A stretch of DNA of 64,000 nt, taken from assembly GCF_018350175.1 (NCBI RefSeq), contig NC_058373.1, positions 109,184,001-109,248,000 on the forward strand, in the 5' to 3' direction. A model generated the notes under the pieces. The model did no database searches. It saw only the letters and a list, made by a program, of their open reading frames with translations, and had not been told where the DNA came from. Both the position numbers and the translations under genes were made by a program. How positions within the stretch are numbered: the stretch's first letter is position 1; every line of letters begins with the position of its first letter. Source of the stretch: Felis catus (Eukaryota). Positions 12,485 through 24,270 of this stretch are shown here, in pieces.

Positions 12485-14814
12485 TAAAGTATTTTCTGTA
12501 CAAGAGCCTTTAGCTTTGTATTACTTCCTTTCTACAGTATGGCCCAAGAAATTTTCTAATATCCTTGAAAGCTCTATCAATGGCTTATAATGATAATCTT
12601 CTGCAGTTAGGTGTTGAGTCTCTAAACATGAGTTTAGCCTGAAATTACATTGAGGAATCACAGTGGGAACAGTTTAATGAGTTAATTAGTACTCACTCTT
12701 CCAACAGAACTGCACTCATTAATCTGGGAGATACACAGCAGATGCTTGCTTTCTGTTCTCTGAAGTATCATTCTTTTCCCATGTCCTTACTGTCCATTTA
12801 ACTCTTTGATCCAATTGGGACAACTTTTTGAGTAAGAATTGGATGAATATGCAAGCTCAGTAGAATTCAACTACCTAAGATGTGTGTAAAAAAATTTGGC
12901 TGCCCTGTTTTGAAAGCTAGTAAATGAATTTGTACCTTAGGTACTCAAGAAATGCAATGATTTCACCCGAAAAATAAATTCTTTTTTCTCAGTCTAGACT
13001 AATTATGACTAACCAGGGACTGCTTCTAAGTTCCGGACAGTGATACCTCTGCTACTGCTTATGCAATGTAAATTAAATTTAATGTAAATTAAAATTCTAG
13101 GGCACAATAAATCTGGGATGCTGGTGATCCAATGTGCATTAAGTTTAGACTTGTAAATGAAATATACAAAGAGGAAAACTGAGATTGAGAGTCTAAATAG
13201 AACATATACCTATAGATACATAAAATTTTTGTTAGAATACATAAGATACTATTCATAATACTAATCACCTCTGGTAGAATAATGGGGTCGTTAGGATGAA
13301 GGAAGATAATCTTTTCACTTTAATACCACTGTTCTTGTTTTCCACCATGGATATGTATTACAGCAATAATAATAACAATGATATAATAATAATAAATAAT
13401 CATGATTAATGGCTCATAGTAAGTAGAAAGAGTAAAGTTGGAGGAGTGTGAGTTAAGAATCTTTAAGACATGGAGACAAATGTCCTTTGCTCCCAATTTG
13501 GTATATCTGGATACAGAAACATAGCCAGTTGCTTTCTCTTATTAAGATATGGAAATTTAACATTCTAAACCCAGAAGTATCTAACCTGATAGCCAAAGCC
13601 CTTTTTGCAATTTAGAGAATCCTTAGTTCTGCAGAAAGAGCATATTTTCTTCAAGATTTGTATTATAATTAAAAATATTTTTCTAGTTGAAACTATAATA
13701 AAACTGGAAAACAACACAGAACTCCATTTAATATGTAATGTGCCTCTGATGTGATACTAATAGCTTTCGGTATGTAGACAGCCCACATTTCTAACCTGAT
13801 TTCCCTAGGTCTGTGATTTGCATTCCAAGCAACGGACTTAGAAATGAAAAATTACTACACTTGGCATGCCATTTACACAGCTTTGAGGCATGTATGTGTA
13901 GGGGATATAAGGATCCATGCATATGCCAGCTTTTTAAAAAGGCAAATAACAAACACAAAGGAAGGAAACTAGATGATGTTAGTAAATATAAAGTACTGAT
14001 GATGAAAACATTACAAATCTAAACCTCAATCCAGAAAATTTTCACCTGAATTCTGTGATACAAAGTTATATCACTTCCAATATGAAAAATGAATTCAGAT
14101 ACAAACTAGATGCTTTTTAAAAATGCATTGAAAATAAAGTCACGTAACCAACTTGCGAATTATTTGTAGAACTTTATAGGATGCCAGTATACGAAAAACA
14201 AAGATGATCTCAAATCCCTAAAAAACAAGTATCCTACTTTAATAAATGAAAATAAAGGCGAGTTCTCGAAGAATGGGTTGGATAATGATAGTAATTATAA
14301 TCTATGTTTGATCTTAGGGCTCAGGAAAAAATTCTCTAAATACCATATATAACCAAAAACAACCCAAAATTGATGTACCAATATGGTACTAGACAAGCCA
14401 TGTCATCTCTCTGAATCCTAACTTAATTATATTTCCTTTGGATTACATGATATCTAAAGTTCTTTTTAGCTCTAAGACAATTATGTTAGTTGTAATTATT
14501 ATTATATCCCATTTTCTGAGACTATAGTAAGTATAAAATGTTATAAAAGGAAAAAAGTATTTTCCAAAACTATGACGAAAAGATAAAGGTTTATAACTAA
14601 GATTATTAATTTTCACTAATGACCATTCTTTTAAATAAGCATTAAAAAATTATAGTGAAAAATATTCTTATAGGAAAACATGTTTTCTGCATGATTGTTT
14701 AAGGTGAGGATGGGCTAATGGAGAATTATCCTACATAGCACACTCGAAAACCAAAACTTTCAAATATTTAAAGAACAAAAATATATTGAGCAACTACTAA
14801 AAACAATAGAATAA

Positions 14815-14960
14815 TTCATTCATTATACATTTTCCAAACATCTATTATGTGCCTAGTACTATGTCAGACAGTGGGGAGACAATGACAAAATAACACAGCC
14901 TGTGCCTTCCTTCAGGAGAGTTGGACTCCAGTAGAAGTAGCAGACAGTTAAACAAGTAAG
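14815..14960 (-). mobile_element. L2 3' end relic
   Basis: catctattatgtgcctagtactatg ... cctgtgccttccttcaggagag motif. Confidence 0.55.
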
Positions 14961-14982
14961 TATTCAAAAATATTATGGGTAT

Positions 14983-15184
14983 GGGGCACCTGGGTGGCTG
15001 TCGGTTAAGTGTCCAACTCGGTTTCGGCTCAGGTCATGATCTCATGGTTTGTGGGATCAAGCCCTGCATCAGGCTCTGCACTGAACACAGAGCCTGCTTG
15101 GGATTCTCTCTCCCTCTCTCTCTGCTCTTTACCCTGTTTGCTTGCTCTCTCTCAAAATAAATGAATAAACTAAAAAAATGCTTT
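14983..15184 (+). mobile_element. CanSINE
   Basis: TSD aaaaatattatgg(g/t)tat at 14966-14982 and 15185-15201. Confidence 0.96.
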
Positions 15185-15344
15185 AAAAATATTATGGTTA
15201 TAAGGAGAGAAATTTGAAACAATGGTGAAGACCATTCCCTAAACACCCTTTTGTGTTTCAGAGTTATTTATCTACTCAAAGTAGACTGGAGAAGCACAAT
15301 TAAATACAAAGTTAGACAGAAACACTAAGTTACATAGTGTTTTT

Positions 15345-15698
15345 ATGTTAATTTTTGAGTTTTTAATTTTACTTTTGAAAGTATTTCCAAAAAGGGGTAG
15401 AGAATGTGAGGCGGAGTCCAGCAAATCCCCCGCTGTGGTTGATGGCTACTTGAAATGCTTCTTCCACTCTTTCCATCATAGAATATTTAGAAAAATAGAG
15501 GACACTATTACATGTCTGTGCTCTTATGGGATCTTTTTCATTCACATTTTCAGGACAGCAAAGTGTTATTTTCATGTTTTTTAAACCTTTTACTTGAATT
15601 CTGTCAGTTCCTGTAAAAAACACAAGGAATTTTCTCTTTCCCTCCAAAGCCGATTTGTGTAGAGCCTTCCAAAACATCACTATGGTAGCATATGAATG
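15345..15698 (-). pseudogene. HERC5: 5'-truncated processed pseudogene (retrocopy) of HERC5: HECT domain C-terminus plus short 3' UTR
   Basis: ORF 15369-15761 contains TIVMFWKALHKSALEGKRKFLVFFTGTDRIQVKGLKNMKITLCCPENVNEKDPIRAQTCNSVLYFSKYSMMERVEEAFQVAINHSGGF. This closely matches the HERC5 C-terminus as I recall it (TIVMFWKAFHKLTLEEKKKFLVFLTGTDRLQ...MKITFCCPE..NERDPIRALTCFSVL.LPKYSTME.VEEALQ.AINNNRGFG). No intron. ATTAAA at 15362-15367 (minus). Degenerate TSD tagtg(c)ttttt at 15335-15344 and 15699-15709. Confidence 0.88.
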
Positions 15699-15944
15699 TA
15701 GTGCTTTTTTCTTTTTTTTAAAGATAAACAAAATGTTGAAATTCCAAACAATGAACCTCATAAGAAAGGGCTAGACCTGTAAGGAAATTATGAAGCCCCA
15801 AATCCCATAACACTTCTCTAAGGTAATAATTTCTGCTTTGGATTCTGTGCTGCCAACGCTTGTCTGTTTGCAAATAAACATCTCACAATTAGTAGTCATG
15901 TTTGCTCAAGCTGAACATATCTCTCCTTGAAAATTTAGCACCTG

Positions 15945-15950
<6 letters not shown>

Positions 15951-15997
<47 letters not shown>
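15951..15997. repeat. (CA)n microsatellite
   Basis: Directly visible. Confidence 0.98.
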
Positions 15998-15998
<1 letters not shown>

Positions 15999-16818
15999 GA
16001 ATATCACTCTTCTGGGCATGTTCAGGTTGCAACTTTGGTACAGATGTGCCAAAACCTCTCTAATTGCACAGCTGACTTCCTCTGGAACCCATCAACTCAA
16101 AAGATAACAGCCAAGTTGCTTGGCTGTTTGGTCAAAGACTACAATACTCGAAGCATGCAAAAATTTCTGCTTTGATTATTGTATTATGCCATATGGTCTG
16201 CACTTAAAACTAACAGAAAGTGGAATCCTGCAGGGTACATATTTTCAAGAACACAACCAGCCACACGCTGTCTTCAATGGCTGTGCTGCACTGAAGCTGT
16301 GGCACAAGAGAGCTACCCATGGTTTTAACCAGGACTGGGCCCATAATGATTGTGAAGTTAGTTGAAAATTTTAAGAGTATTTTCTCATTTCCTACATGAA
16401 ATTCTTCATGAAGTCAAACTTGAACTGAACCTTGAAAGAAATTGGTCATAAGCTCTCTGTCTGCAAAACTGGCTTTACCAATCATGCTTTTCAGGAAAAA
16501 TATGGTTCTTGTCAACATGAGCATTGTGCTAATATACACACATGGTTGGATGTTTATTTCCTTCCACACACATGGCCATGAAACAGAATAGGTTTGCACT
16601 TATGGGGAGCATTTTGAAACAGGTGTGAAATTACTACAACTCTGTATGAACAATAATAATGATAAACTAAGGAGGGAATAATACCAGTTAAGACCGTCAG
16701 TTGAGACAGTTGAAAAGAATGTTAGATATGAGTAGAGTTGGTAGTATGAGGATAGGGAAAGTTGTACTTTTGGGGAGTGTTAAAATAATATTTCTAGACA
16801 TAAGAAAATACCAAACGT

Positions 16819-17030
16819 GGGGCACCTGGGTGGCTCGGTCGATTAAGGGTCCAACTCTTGATATTAGCTCAATTTGTGATCTCGCAGTCATGAGACTGAG
16901 TCCCGCATTGGGTTTCATGCTGAGCATGGAGTCTGCTTGGGATTCTCTCCCTTATTCTATCTTTGCCCCTCCTTGCTCTTTCTCTCTCTCCAAATAAATA
17001 AGCAAACATTTAATAAAAAAAAAAAAAGAA
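16819..17030 (+). mobile_element. CanSINE
   Basis: ggggcacctgggtggctcggtcgattaag head, CT tract, A tail. Confidence 0.95.
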
Positions 17031-18981
17031 ATAAAATACTGCACAAAATGCCACATTTGGTTTACCTAATCCTGTATCTCTGACAATAGCCGAAAGGGCA
17101 TTTCAAGAGAGAGTACATGATTAGCTCCTTTATATAAATTTTCCTTGTATAAATTATATTTTATATATAACACATATATTATATATGTTATAAATTCCCT
17201 CCTGGTTTCCCTTATATAAATTATTATGCTATCTTATTTTAAATAAAATGTTCATTTTATTATTATCATTGCATAAATTTGACAAAATACAGGTCTACTC
17301 ATCAGGTAAACTTGAGAACTATACCACTCTGCTTATATGATGCCTTGGCCACAGGAGGAAAGAAATGCAACCCAAATGCAAGCTCTTGGTTGAGGATGGG
17401 GCAAAATAGCATTAGTTAGATACTCTGGTGCTACCACAGACTGTAAGGACTGCCCAAGATTTCACGTCCCAATTCAACGTCATTATTTCGAGGCTATATA
17501 GTGAATATTTCCAGAAGCAGGAAGAGAAAAATACAAAATTATAAGAAAAGAGCAAGACAAAATCTGTTTCTTATCAATGCTACAAAAGTTATTTGAGTAT
17601 ATTTTTTTAAAAAAAAGAAGTATGTGAATAAACTTTCAATTTGAACCACAGTGCTGAACACATCAGATAGAATATTACTGAGCATGATATAAGGTTTGAC
17701 GTTCATAGAAGGAGACTCACTTCATTAAAATGGAAAAAGCCGTGGCCTTGGGGTCAAAACAAGAGTGTTCTAGAGTCGGCTTTGCTATTGAGTAGTCTAA
17801 CATGAAACTTTTGGAGCCCCATCACTTTTTCTTTAATTGTGGTCAAATACATAGTATCATCAATTTTTAGGACCCACTTCTTCTTTAAAATGAAAATGGC
17901 AGTTGAAATGATTTTTAGCGTCAGCTAATTCTTAAGTCTTATGAATCTTTCAGTTAATTCTAATGCATGTATTTCTAAGAGCATTTTACAGTTCTTTTAC
18001 CTAAGAATGGTGAAAAATGATGGTATGCTGATTCTCAATCAAGAGTCTGAGGCTCTGAAGATGACTTATGGGCCTGCTATATTTTATTAGATGTACTGTG
18101 ATTTGTCTTACCAAGAGCATAAACCCTCTGCCTTAAAGAAAGGGAAAAGCTTCTGATTTTAGCCTGTAATCCCATTCAGTTGAAACTACAGACTGAACTC
18201 TACACATGTTATAACAAGATGCACTTAGGACACTGCCAATTATTTGTAGAAGCTTTCTATGAAAGAAAAATTTAAACAAAAATTAAATTATGAGAACAGG
18301 TATTCCCTTTTGTACTATATCTCAAAAGATGAAATTTATTTTCTTCAAAAGCTATGCTATGTCACCCTTGGCAGGAAAGTCATCCAACCTCTTTGGGTCT
18401 CAGATGGATGCTTTGCGTGAAATTCGAATTATACATAACCTGCCCATAGGTAGGTGTCTGAAACAGATGATCTCTCAAGGTGTCTTGAGCTCTACAATCT
18501 ATATTTCTGTGGCTTTAAATGGGAAACTAATTTGAAATACATTCCTATAAAACTCAGTCTTATAGAATTTTAAGACTTCTCTCAGAGAAATGTATTAGAT
18601 TAATTCCCAATAGCACAAATGGTGTTGCTAGACATTAGAAGCAGGTAAGTGTGTACATCTTCACCTACACAGTAGTATCATTATTACTTGTAGACTTCCT
18701 AAGAATGCAGAATGCCTGTCACCCATCTGCATTAATCCATTTGGACCTATGTCCTTCTCCCCAAAGAATATTTTTCATGCTGCAGAAAAGATCACTGACC
18801 CTAACCCAGTTAGACAATATAGAGAAATTGGTCTGTTTATCTAAGAATTTCCTGAAATTATTCTCTGCTAAAACCTAAGAACTTTTTAGTCATAAAAATA
18901 TCTAATTTGGGAGAGACAAAAGTCACATGGAGACTCTCATTTATCCTTAGTGCCAGATGGTTTATACACTAATATAGGTCA

Positions 18982-19184
18982 GGGGTGCCTGGGAGGGCAC
19001 AATCAGTTAACCCTCCAACTTTGGCTCAGGTCATGATCTCATGGTTCATGAGTTTGAGCCTATGTAGGGCTCTGTGCTGACAGCATGGAGCCTGGAGCCC
19101 GCTTCAGATTCTGTGTCTCCCTCTTTCTCTCTCTTTCCCTCCCCTTCTTGCTCTCTCTCTCTCAAAAATAAACGTTAAAAAAAA
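18982..19184 (+). mobile_element. CanSINE
   Basis: TSD ct(a/g)atataggt at 18969-18979 and 19186-19196. Confidence 0.95.
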
Positions 19185-19424
19185 CCTGATATAGGTGGTA
19201 ACACCTTATAATATTAACATCCTTGAGCATACCATCCAGTGGACTGCCATGGGCTAGATGTGGCTAGATGTGCATGAGCACTGAGAAAAAGAATGCTCTT
19301 TCTGGAGTTCCTCTATCACCCTGTTGGGAACACAAGTTAAATACCCAATGACAAATACTACTCATGGAAGTGCAAAGATAAGAGAGTTAGAGGAAAACAA
19401 AATGCTAGAAACAAGTCAATAAAT

Positions 19425-19550
19425 TTTATTCAACATGTATTTATTAATTGAGGACTTGACACCCACCAAGCATTGTTCTAGTCACCAAGGCATAGCACTG
19501 AACAAAATAAACAGATATCCTCCCTTTGACAGCTCAAATTCTAGTAGAAC
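19425..19550 (-). mobile_element. L2 3' end relic
   Basis: attcaacatgtatttatt ... ccaagcattgttctag ... gctcaaattctagt. Confidence 0.55.
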
Positions 19551-21054
19551 ATCACTCAGAAGCCCACTGTACCAAAAGATGCTCAACTGCAGGGGCGAAT
19601 ATCAAGAATAGCACAGCCCAGTGGCAGGAAACAAAGGGAAAGTCAAGAACTAAGAGTCAGATGCCCAGAATCAAGGAGAAAACTGATACAGTAGTCTAGA
19701 GAACAGCCAGTGATCACATCAACTTTTAGGGCCTGGCTAGGTTTTTAGTGCTGGCCTAGTTCCCATTGCTTTGCCATTCTGATTCTTGAGAAGCAAATCT
19801 CTACTAGGCAGGGAGCCAGGGCAGATTCTGACACCCAGACTATTTTAGTACCTGCCATGTTTTGGATATGAGACAAAACTGGCTCATTAAGTACGAAGTT
19901 CTGCACACAATAACAATTCTGTGTGGTAATAAATTATCCTACATGGTGTCTGTGTATTTCAAATGAATACATAACTACATAAGAGATAAGCGAGTAATCC
20001 AAGAGTATGGAAGACAGTTGCTCAGAAAGGCATTAGGCTAAGTAGAAAAATTAGAAATTGAAGGTCATGAAGATGCCATGGATCAACTAGTCATCAAATC
20101 AATATGAGTCATCAGGACTTGAAACTAAACATAAACATTATGCCCCTAATCCAATAACCCTATACTGAGGACACATATACACATACACACACTACAAAAT
20201 ACACATGCACACAGAATCTAAGTATTAAAGAGAAAGGGTCTATATCCTGGGGCGGGGGTGAGGGTGGCAGTGGGAAGAGAAGAGCTCATGGGGTAAGTAA
20301 TAAAATCTGCCATCAACTAAGAGATGAGTGTTTCCCTTTTTTGTCCTCTTATGTATTTGGTAATTCCATTTGTGTTCAAGCACTTCATATAGATTTCCTC
20401 CCTCTCAAGCGGCAACAATACTGAACTAATCCAAGTTTCTTATTCCATCAAGTTATTTTGTCTTCACTTTTATCACTATCTTCAAACTTCATCCCTTAGA
20501 ATACCTGGAAGTCAAGGTTACTGACGATTTCCACTATACCAGAATAAAAATGACCTAACATTAGTTAACATCCAACCAATTCTAGATAGCTTTTCCTTGA
20601 CTATTTGCTAAATCAGAGGCCAAAGGTGAAGTGTAAGTCACCCTCCACTCTTACTTGAGTGTCTGCATGGAAGAACACCTTCCTTCATCTGATGGCCTTA
20701 ACTAAATGAATCCACTTTTGATATTTATTAAACACACTGAAATTAAACTCACCAAAGCTCAATAAATTTTTTAGACATTTCAAAGATAACTCCTCTTAAT
20801 TTAATTTCTAAAACTTTGAGTGAATACGTTCCCCTCTTTTCTAAAGCTGGGAATCTGTAGATAACCAAGCCTATAATCTACTCTAATGATAACTCAGAAA
20901 GAGAGTAAAAGGCCTTAAATCCATAACACTGAACTCAGTAATGGAAGAAAACTTGACTTTCAGCTTTTCTTTAGTTTTAGACTCAGTTAATAAATTATTT
21001 TAAAAAATATACAATTCCCATGTGCTCAATTAACTCTTAAATAAGTGTTTAGGC

Positions 21055-21281
21055 CAGAAGACCATGCGGGAAGGGAAGGGGGGAAAAAAAGTTACAGAGA
21101 GGGAGGGAGGAAACCCATAAGAGACTCTTAAATACTGAGAACAAACTGAGGGTTGATGGTGGGTGGGAGAGAGGGGAAAGTGGGTGATGGGCATGGAGGA
21201 GGGCACTTGTTGGGATGAGCACTGGGTGTTGTATGGAAACCAATTTGACAGTAAATTATATTTTAAAAAATAATAATAAAA
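21055..21281 (+). mobile_element. Felid L1 (L1_Fc-type) 3' end, heavily 5'-truncated
   Basis: gggcacttgttgggatgagcactgggtgttgtatggaaaccaatttgac then A tail. TSD aaataag(t/c)g(t/g)ttaggc at 21039-21054 and 21282-21297. Confidence 0.93.
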
Positions 21282-22789
21282 AAATAAGCGGTTAGGCTTT
21301 GGAAATGTGAGATGGGGGAGTTTTTCCTACATCTATTTTGAGATATTTTAGAGTATGAATATTAACTATAAATATCCTTTATTGTTCTATTTTCTTCAGG
21401 CTCCTAGGAAATTGCAGAAAGATTCTGATAACCTGGTTCCCCACAAATTTATCCCCTGTCCTACCCATATAGATTAAGGAACTCATTAGTCAATAATAAT
21501 TCATTCAGCATCATGATTTGAATAAAGCAATCACTTTCTGAGTCAGGAGGGGGGCAAAGGACAAATTGAAATGCTCCATATACAGCATCTTACCATCACA
21601 GTCTTTTAGTTCAGAGATATGATATTGAAATGTAAGACAACAAGAGGATTTATGTCTTTTTCTCATAAAACTTTTACTCCAAAGAGATATCTTGTAAAGT
21701 TTCCTCAGCACTACTGAGGAATACCTCTTTTTGGTATTCATGGATACCCTACATTAAACCCTCCTTTCTATGAATTCCTTTAGGAGGTATAACCCTAACT
21801 CCATTTGTGTAAAGACTTAATTTACTCTTACGTAGGGAAAATAATGACCAAGGGTGGGTGCGTAGAAGGAAGAAATTGCTTTCACCCCATAAGCTTTTCC
21901 AGTGGGCAGAAATGATGGAAATCTATGCTGCATCTTCAACCCAATAATCCATAGGTATGTCCAGAAACAAGGATCCTACAGCACAGTCCCAAGAATACTG
22001 TTTTCACTAATGGCAATACTCTTAGATGAGGAGAGGAAGGGTATAAGCAATATTTACCAGTAACTCCAAGTAAATCCTTTCCATCTGAATTGTCAGTTAG
22101 GTCACTGAAGCTACATGCTATGAATCAACCAGAATTACATTCTGTTCGACTGCATAAGGGCATCTATAGTAATACAGTGAAACAGTTTGATTCACTTGTG
22201 TCAGCCACTAGCAGAAAACTTGGATAAAAATGCTTTAGAGTGCAAGATGGAGACCTACTATTGGTATAGCTGCTTCAATTCTTCATTTTATTCAGCCAAT
22301 GAATACTGAGAATTGAGAGGAAATCTCCCACCACCTTTCTCTTGTGATGGGGAGTGTCCTCAGAGGAAAAGCAGAAGGTATGTTGATCCATATGCTTCAA
22401 AAGTCTTTCCGAGGTAGATTCAGAGCTCAATTTTATGATTAATATAGCATGTGTTATCTAGCCATCAACAGAATTTACACAATAAACTGCTATTTAACTC
22501 ATTACAGACTATGAAGTGAATTCTTGTTTCTTTACATGCATTCTGATCAGAATTCAAAGATTTTCAGAAACAAAGATTTTCATGAGGTTATAGGAAGCCC
22601 TCTCTTGATCCTTTTGGATCCCAGCAACTGTATGTAAACACAGTAAATAATCTCAACGAAACATTTAAAAATTGTTGAAGATCAAACAAATAATATCACA
22701 TGGCCACATATGAAGAATATACATAAAAAACACCTTGCCTTTCTTTAGAAGAAAATTATTATTATTTTTCTGCTGGTAAAATAACCTTT

Positions 22790-22890
22790 ATTTATTTTGT
22801 GTTTTTATTTTAATTCCAATTAGTTAACATACAGTGTTATATTAATTTCAGGTGTACAACATGTAGTGTTAAATTACTATATTGTACACC
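22790..22890 (-). mobile_element. ~100-bp carnivore L1 3' terminus with a micro-inversion
   Basis: Antisense L1 end (ttagttaacatacagtgttatattaatttcaggtgtacaa) followed by the same motif in sense orientation (ttactatattgtacacc). Confidence 0.75.
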
Positions 22891-23653
22891 AAAAAAACAA
22901 TCATTGAAAGCTAAAAATTCCAAATTATTCTTCAGCAATTGAGTATGGTGACAAGTCATTGTGAGACAGTGATCAGAACTGACAAATTTTGATCACTAAC
23001 TTGCTTTATGGTGGTGGTCCTTTGTTCCCTAATAACACCCAGTGTTTCAAATTTTACCTCTGCCTCACTGACATCACAATCAAAGTGAAAATGACTAAAG
23101 ACAACACATGAGTCTTTTGAGAAAACAGTCCGAGAAATAAATAGCAGTAACTCTAGATTAGCATGACTTTTAACCAGAGGTTATAAATAATGAGTAACAG
23201 ATGTCTGATCCAGAGTCCTTTTATTACATTATCTTAAGTGAAACTCAGGTTTATTTTTAAGCTCTCTTGGATCAGATACTATAAGGCAAGAAAAGTGTTT
23301 TTATTAGTGGGAAAGAAATGTTTTTCTAGATGAACCAAGTGGAAAAGATAAGACTAAAAAATTAAGAAGGGCGTTATCTTCATCACATACTGAAGAAAGA
23401 GGGTTTTTTCTTTTCTCTTCTTTTCTTTTTATCTTAAAGACACTGAAATATTGGGAAAAAACAGCCTGGCTAACAATAAAAGAGATGTAAATTTTGTCTT
23501 GGATATACAATGGCCTTACCTGACACAGAATGAAGCCCAGGAATAAAATGAATCACTATCCCATCTAGCATGGGACTATTATGAGTACTGATAGATGTCA
23601 GCACATAAAAAAAAGAAAGAAAATAGTTAGGTAGAAGAGCAGCATATGAAAAA

Positions 23654-23860
23654 TGGCAGTCAGTTAAGAGTCCGACTCTTAATTTTGGCTCAGGTCAGTA
23701 TCTCACGGTCATGAGACTGAGCCCCACAATGGGCTCCACACTGGGCCTGGAGCCTGCTTAAGATTCTCTCTCTCTCTCCCTCTCCCTCTGCCCCTCCCTC
23801 ACTTGCGTACACTCTCTCTCTTTCTCTCTCTCTCAAAAAAAGGAAGAAAGAAAAGAGAAA
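23654..23860 (+). mobile_element. CanSINE, 5' end truncated or replaced
   Basis: Starts at gcagtcagttaagagtccgactc, with CT tract and A-rich tail. Confidence 0.92.
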
Positions 23861-24129
23861 TTAAACCATACTAGTTTTCCTGCTTTTCACATAGTCACAA
23901 AATGTAGTGACACTTTTTACATTCCCAATTGTTTCTCTTCATCTCTCTTCCCGCCCACCACTTCCCATGCCAACTTGGCCTAGTAATTGAAACTTCCAGT
24001 TGAATCAGTCCCATGGAAATGGAGCATAGAAAACCAAAACTAACTACAACAGAAAAAAAAATCTCTAAACATTTTAACTTGGGTTGAATTTTCTCATTTA
24101 ATGAAAACTCATGAGAATAATTGGATGCT

Positions 24130-24270
24130 GAGTCAATGAGCCAGCAAGTATTTATTAAGCACCTGCAAAGTACACAGCATTGTCCCAGACACTGCGGATT
24201 AATTAAAAAATAAATAAAACCAGATGCTTCATCCTCAAGAGCATAGAATATGTTAGGGACACAGACTAGA
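24130..24270 (-). mobile_element. L2 3' end relic
   Basis: cagcaagtatttattaagcacctgc ... cagcattgt. Confidence 0.6.

Noticed and set aside
15369..15761. 130-aa ORF as a functional stand-alone HECT gene
   Set aside because: The start codon and first ~21 codons (MRFIVWNFNILFIFKKKKKAL) are flanking DNA and the A-rich target site outside the homology. Most of the HECT domain is missing.
22296..22378. Exon-like segment on + (ttttattcag ... gaag|gtatgt)
   Set aside because: Stop codons in all three frames and no other support.
23520..23587. 68-nt exon-like segment on minus (cag|gtaagg donor)
   Set aside because: One open phase (THNSPMLDGIVIHFIPGLHSVS), but no recognisable protein and no partner exons.
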